64,000 bases of DNA from contig JAQFVV010000009.1 of the NCBI GenBank assembly GCA_028023455.1, positions 10,602,001 to 10,666,000 of the forward strand, given 5' to 3'. Source of the DNA: Epiperipatus broadwayi (lineage: Eukaryota; Animalia; Onychophora). The position numbers were made by a program, and so were the translations under genes. Of this stretch, positions 63,026-64,000 are shown piece by piece (position 1 is the stretch's first letter; every line of letters starts with the position of its first letter). The notes under the pieces are model-generated. The model had not been told where the DNA came from and ran no database searches. It saw only the letters and a list, made by a program, of their open reading frames with translations.

Positions 63026-63683
63026 TATCAATTGCAAATCCCCTTTAAATAAAGGCAAGATAAAAAAATGAAAGAATGTTAAATAGGACTTTCTTTGGAG
63101 TTTTTTCAATTAGAAAGAACTTTGGTAAGACAATTGATTTGAAAAGTAAATGTTTGTTATTAGAAGACATATTAGAAGCAAGATAAAAAAATGAAAGAAT
63201 GTTAAATAGGACTTTCTTTGGAGTTTTTTCAGTTAGAAAGAACTTTGGTAAGATAATTGATTTGAAAAGTAGATCTTTGTTATTAGAAGACATATTAGAA
63301 ACACAAATGGTATCAAATTTGTTATAAATAAAATATAATAATATTGTCACATCAATCAGAATAGGAGTGTTAGTTTTTTAAATTAATAGAAGATATCAAA
63401 TGCTGACATTTCAGATTTACATCTCAACATGTTCTTGTTTAGACCAAGAAATAGATCATGTCTTTGAAAAAATCCAACAATATTTTTTCCATAAATAAAT
63501 TTGAAAATAGAAACCTAAGTGAGAAGGGACATAGTATTAGATAATTAGTAGAAAAAATGGAACTGCATATTACAAAATTTTTAATTGTAATGAAAAATCC
63601 AGAAAAAATAGATAGTTGTATCAAAATGTAGGCAAAGAATGTCTAGATTATATGATGATTAACAGAAAATGTGTGTTTCAAAG
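63026..63683 (+). mobile_element. Old RTE copy, APE region only, containing a 123-bp tandem duplication (63055-63177 / 63178-63300)
   Basis: ATTGATTTGAAAAGT (IDLKS) and LDYMMINRKCVFQ match the intact element's IDLKS and LDYILINRKYIFQ. Confidence 0.6.
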
Positions 63684-64000
63684 AAATATACACTGACAGG
63701 GTATTGAGATATAGTACCATCAAACCAACTGACATGCTAATTACTCAATACCTAATCTCAAATGCAATATTATTATTTTCTGATATTTTTTGTTCCAGAA
63801 TTTTTTCCAGATTAGCAATTATGTTGGATTAAGAATAATTCAATAGTATCCTTTTTTCCATTTATAATTTTTTTATAATATCCAAATATTGCTGCAATAA
63901 TATATATTAATTTTAATATATTTTTAGATATATTTATTTTTATATAGTCAATAAATAATTAATAAATGAATAAATAAAAATGTATCCATCTATAGATAAA

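Noticed and set aside
259-63624. Remaining 60-100-aa ORFs in the track
   Set aside because: F/I/L/K/N-rich translations typical of random AT-rich or microsatellite DNA; no homology recognised.

Overview
Very AT-rich eukaryotic (most likely invertebrate animal) genomic DNA. No host gene can be assembled with confidence; only a few isolated micro-exon candidates and one promoter-like patch are visible. The window is dominated by transposons: (1) a near-intact RTE-clade LINE (47484-50773, minus, one frameshift) plus three decayed relatives that keep only the 5' UTR/endonuclease part; (2) a defective Penelope-like element (PLE, 18545-21509, minus) with RT, C-terminal GIY-YIG and direct pseudo-LTRs; (3) about ten distinct small PLE-type sequence families carrying hammerhead-ribozyme (HHR) motifs, most inserted as fold-back (inverted) structures; (4) tRNA-derived SINEs; (5) a SPIN/URR1-like hAT MITE and a decayed hAT transposase; (6) several old LINE fragments. 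The most interesting observations are a non-coding ~465-nt HHR unit inserted as one circularly permuted monomer with a 13-bp TSD (retrozyme-like), and a 2.1-kb PLE palindrome in which a tRNA-like A/B-box cassette sits between the GIY-YIG stop codon and a hammerhead, with an internal array recording repeated RT template switching. All family assignments are by eye and recalled motifs; no database searches were run.
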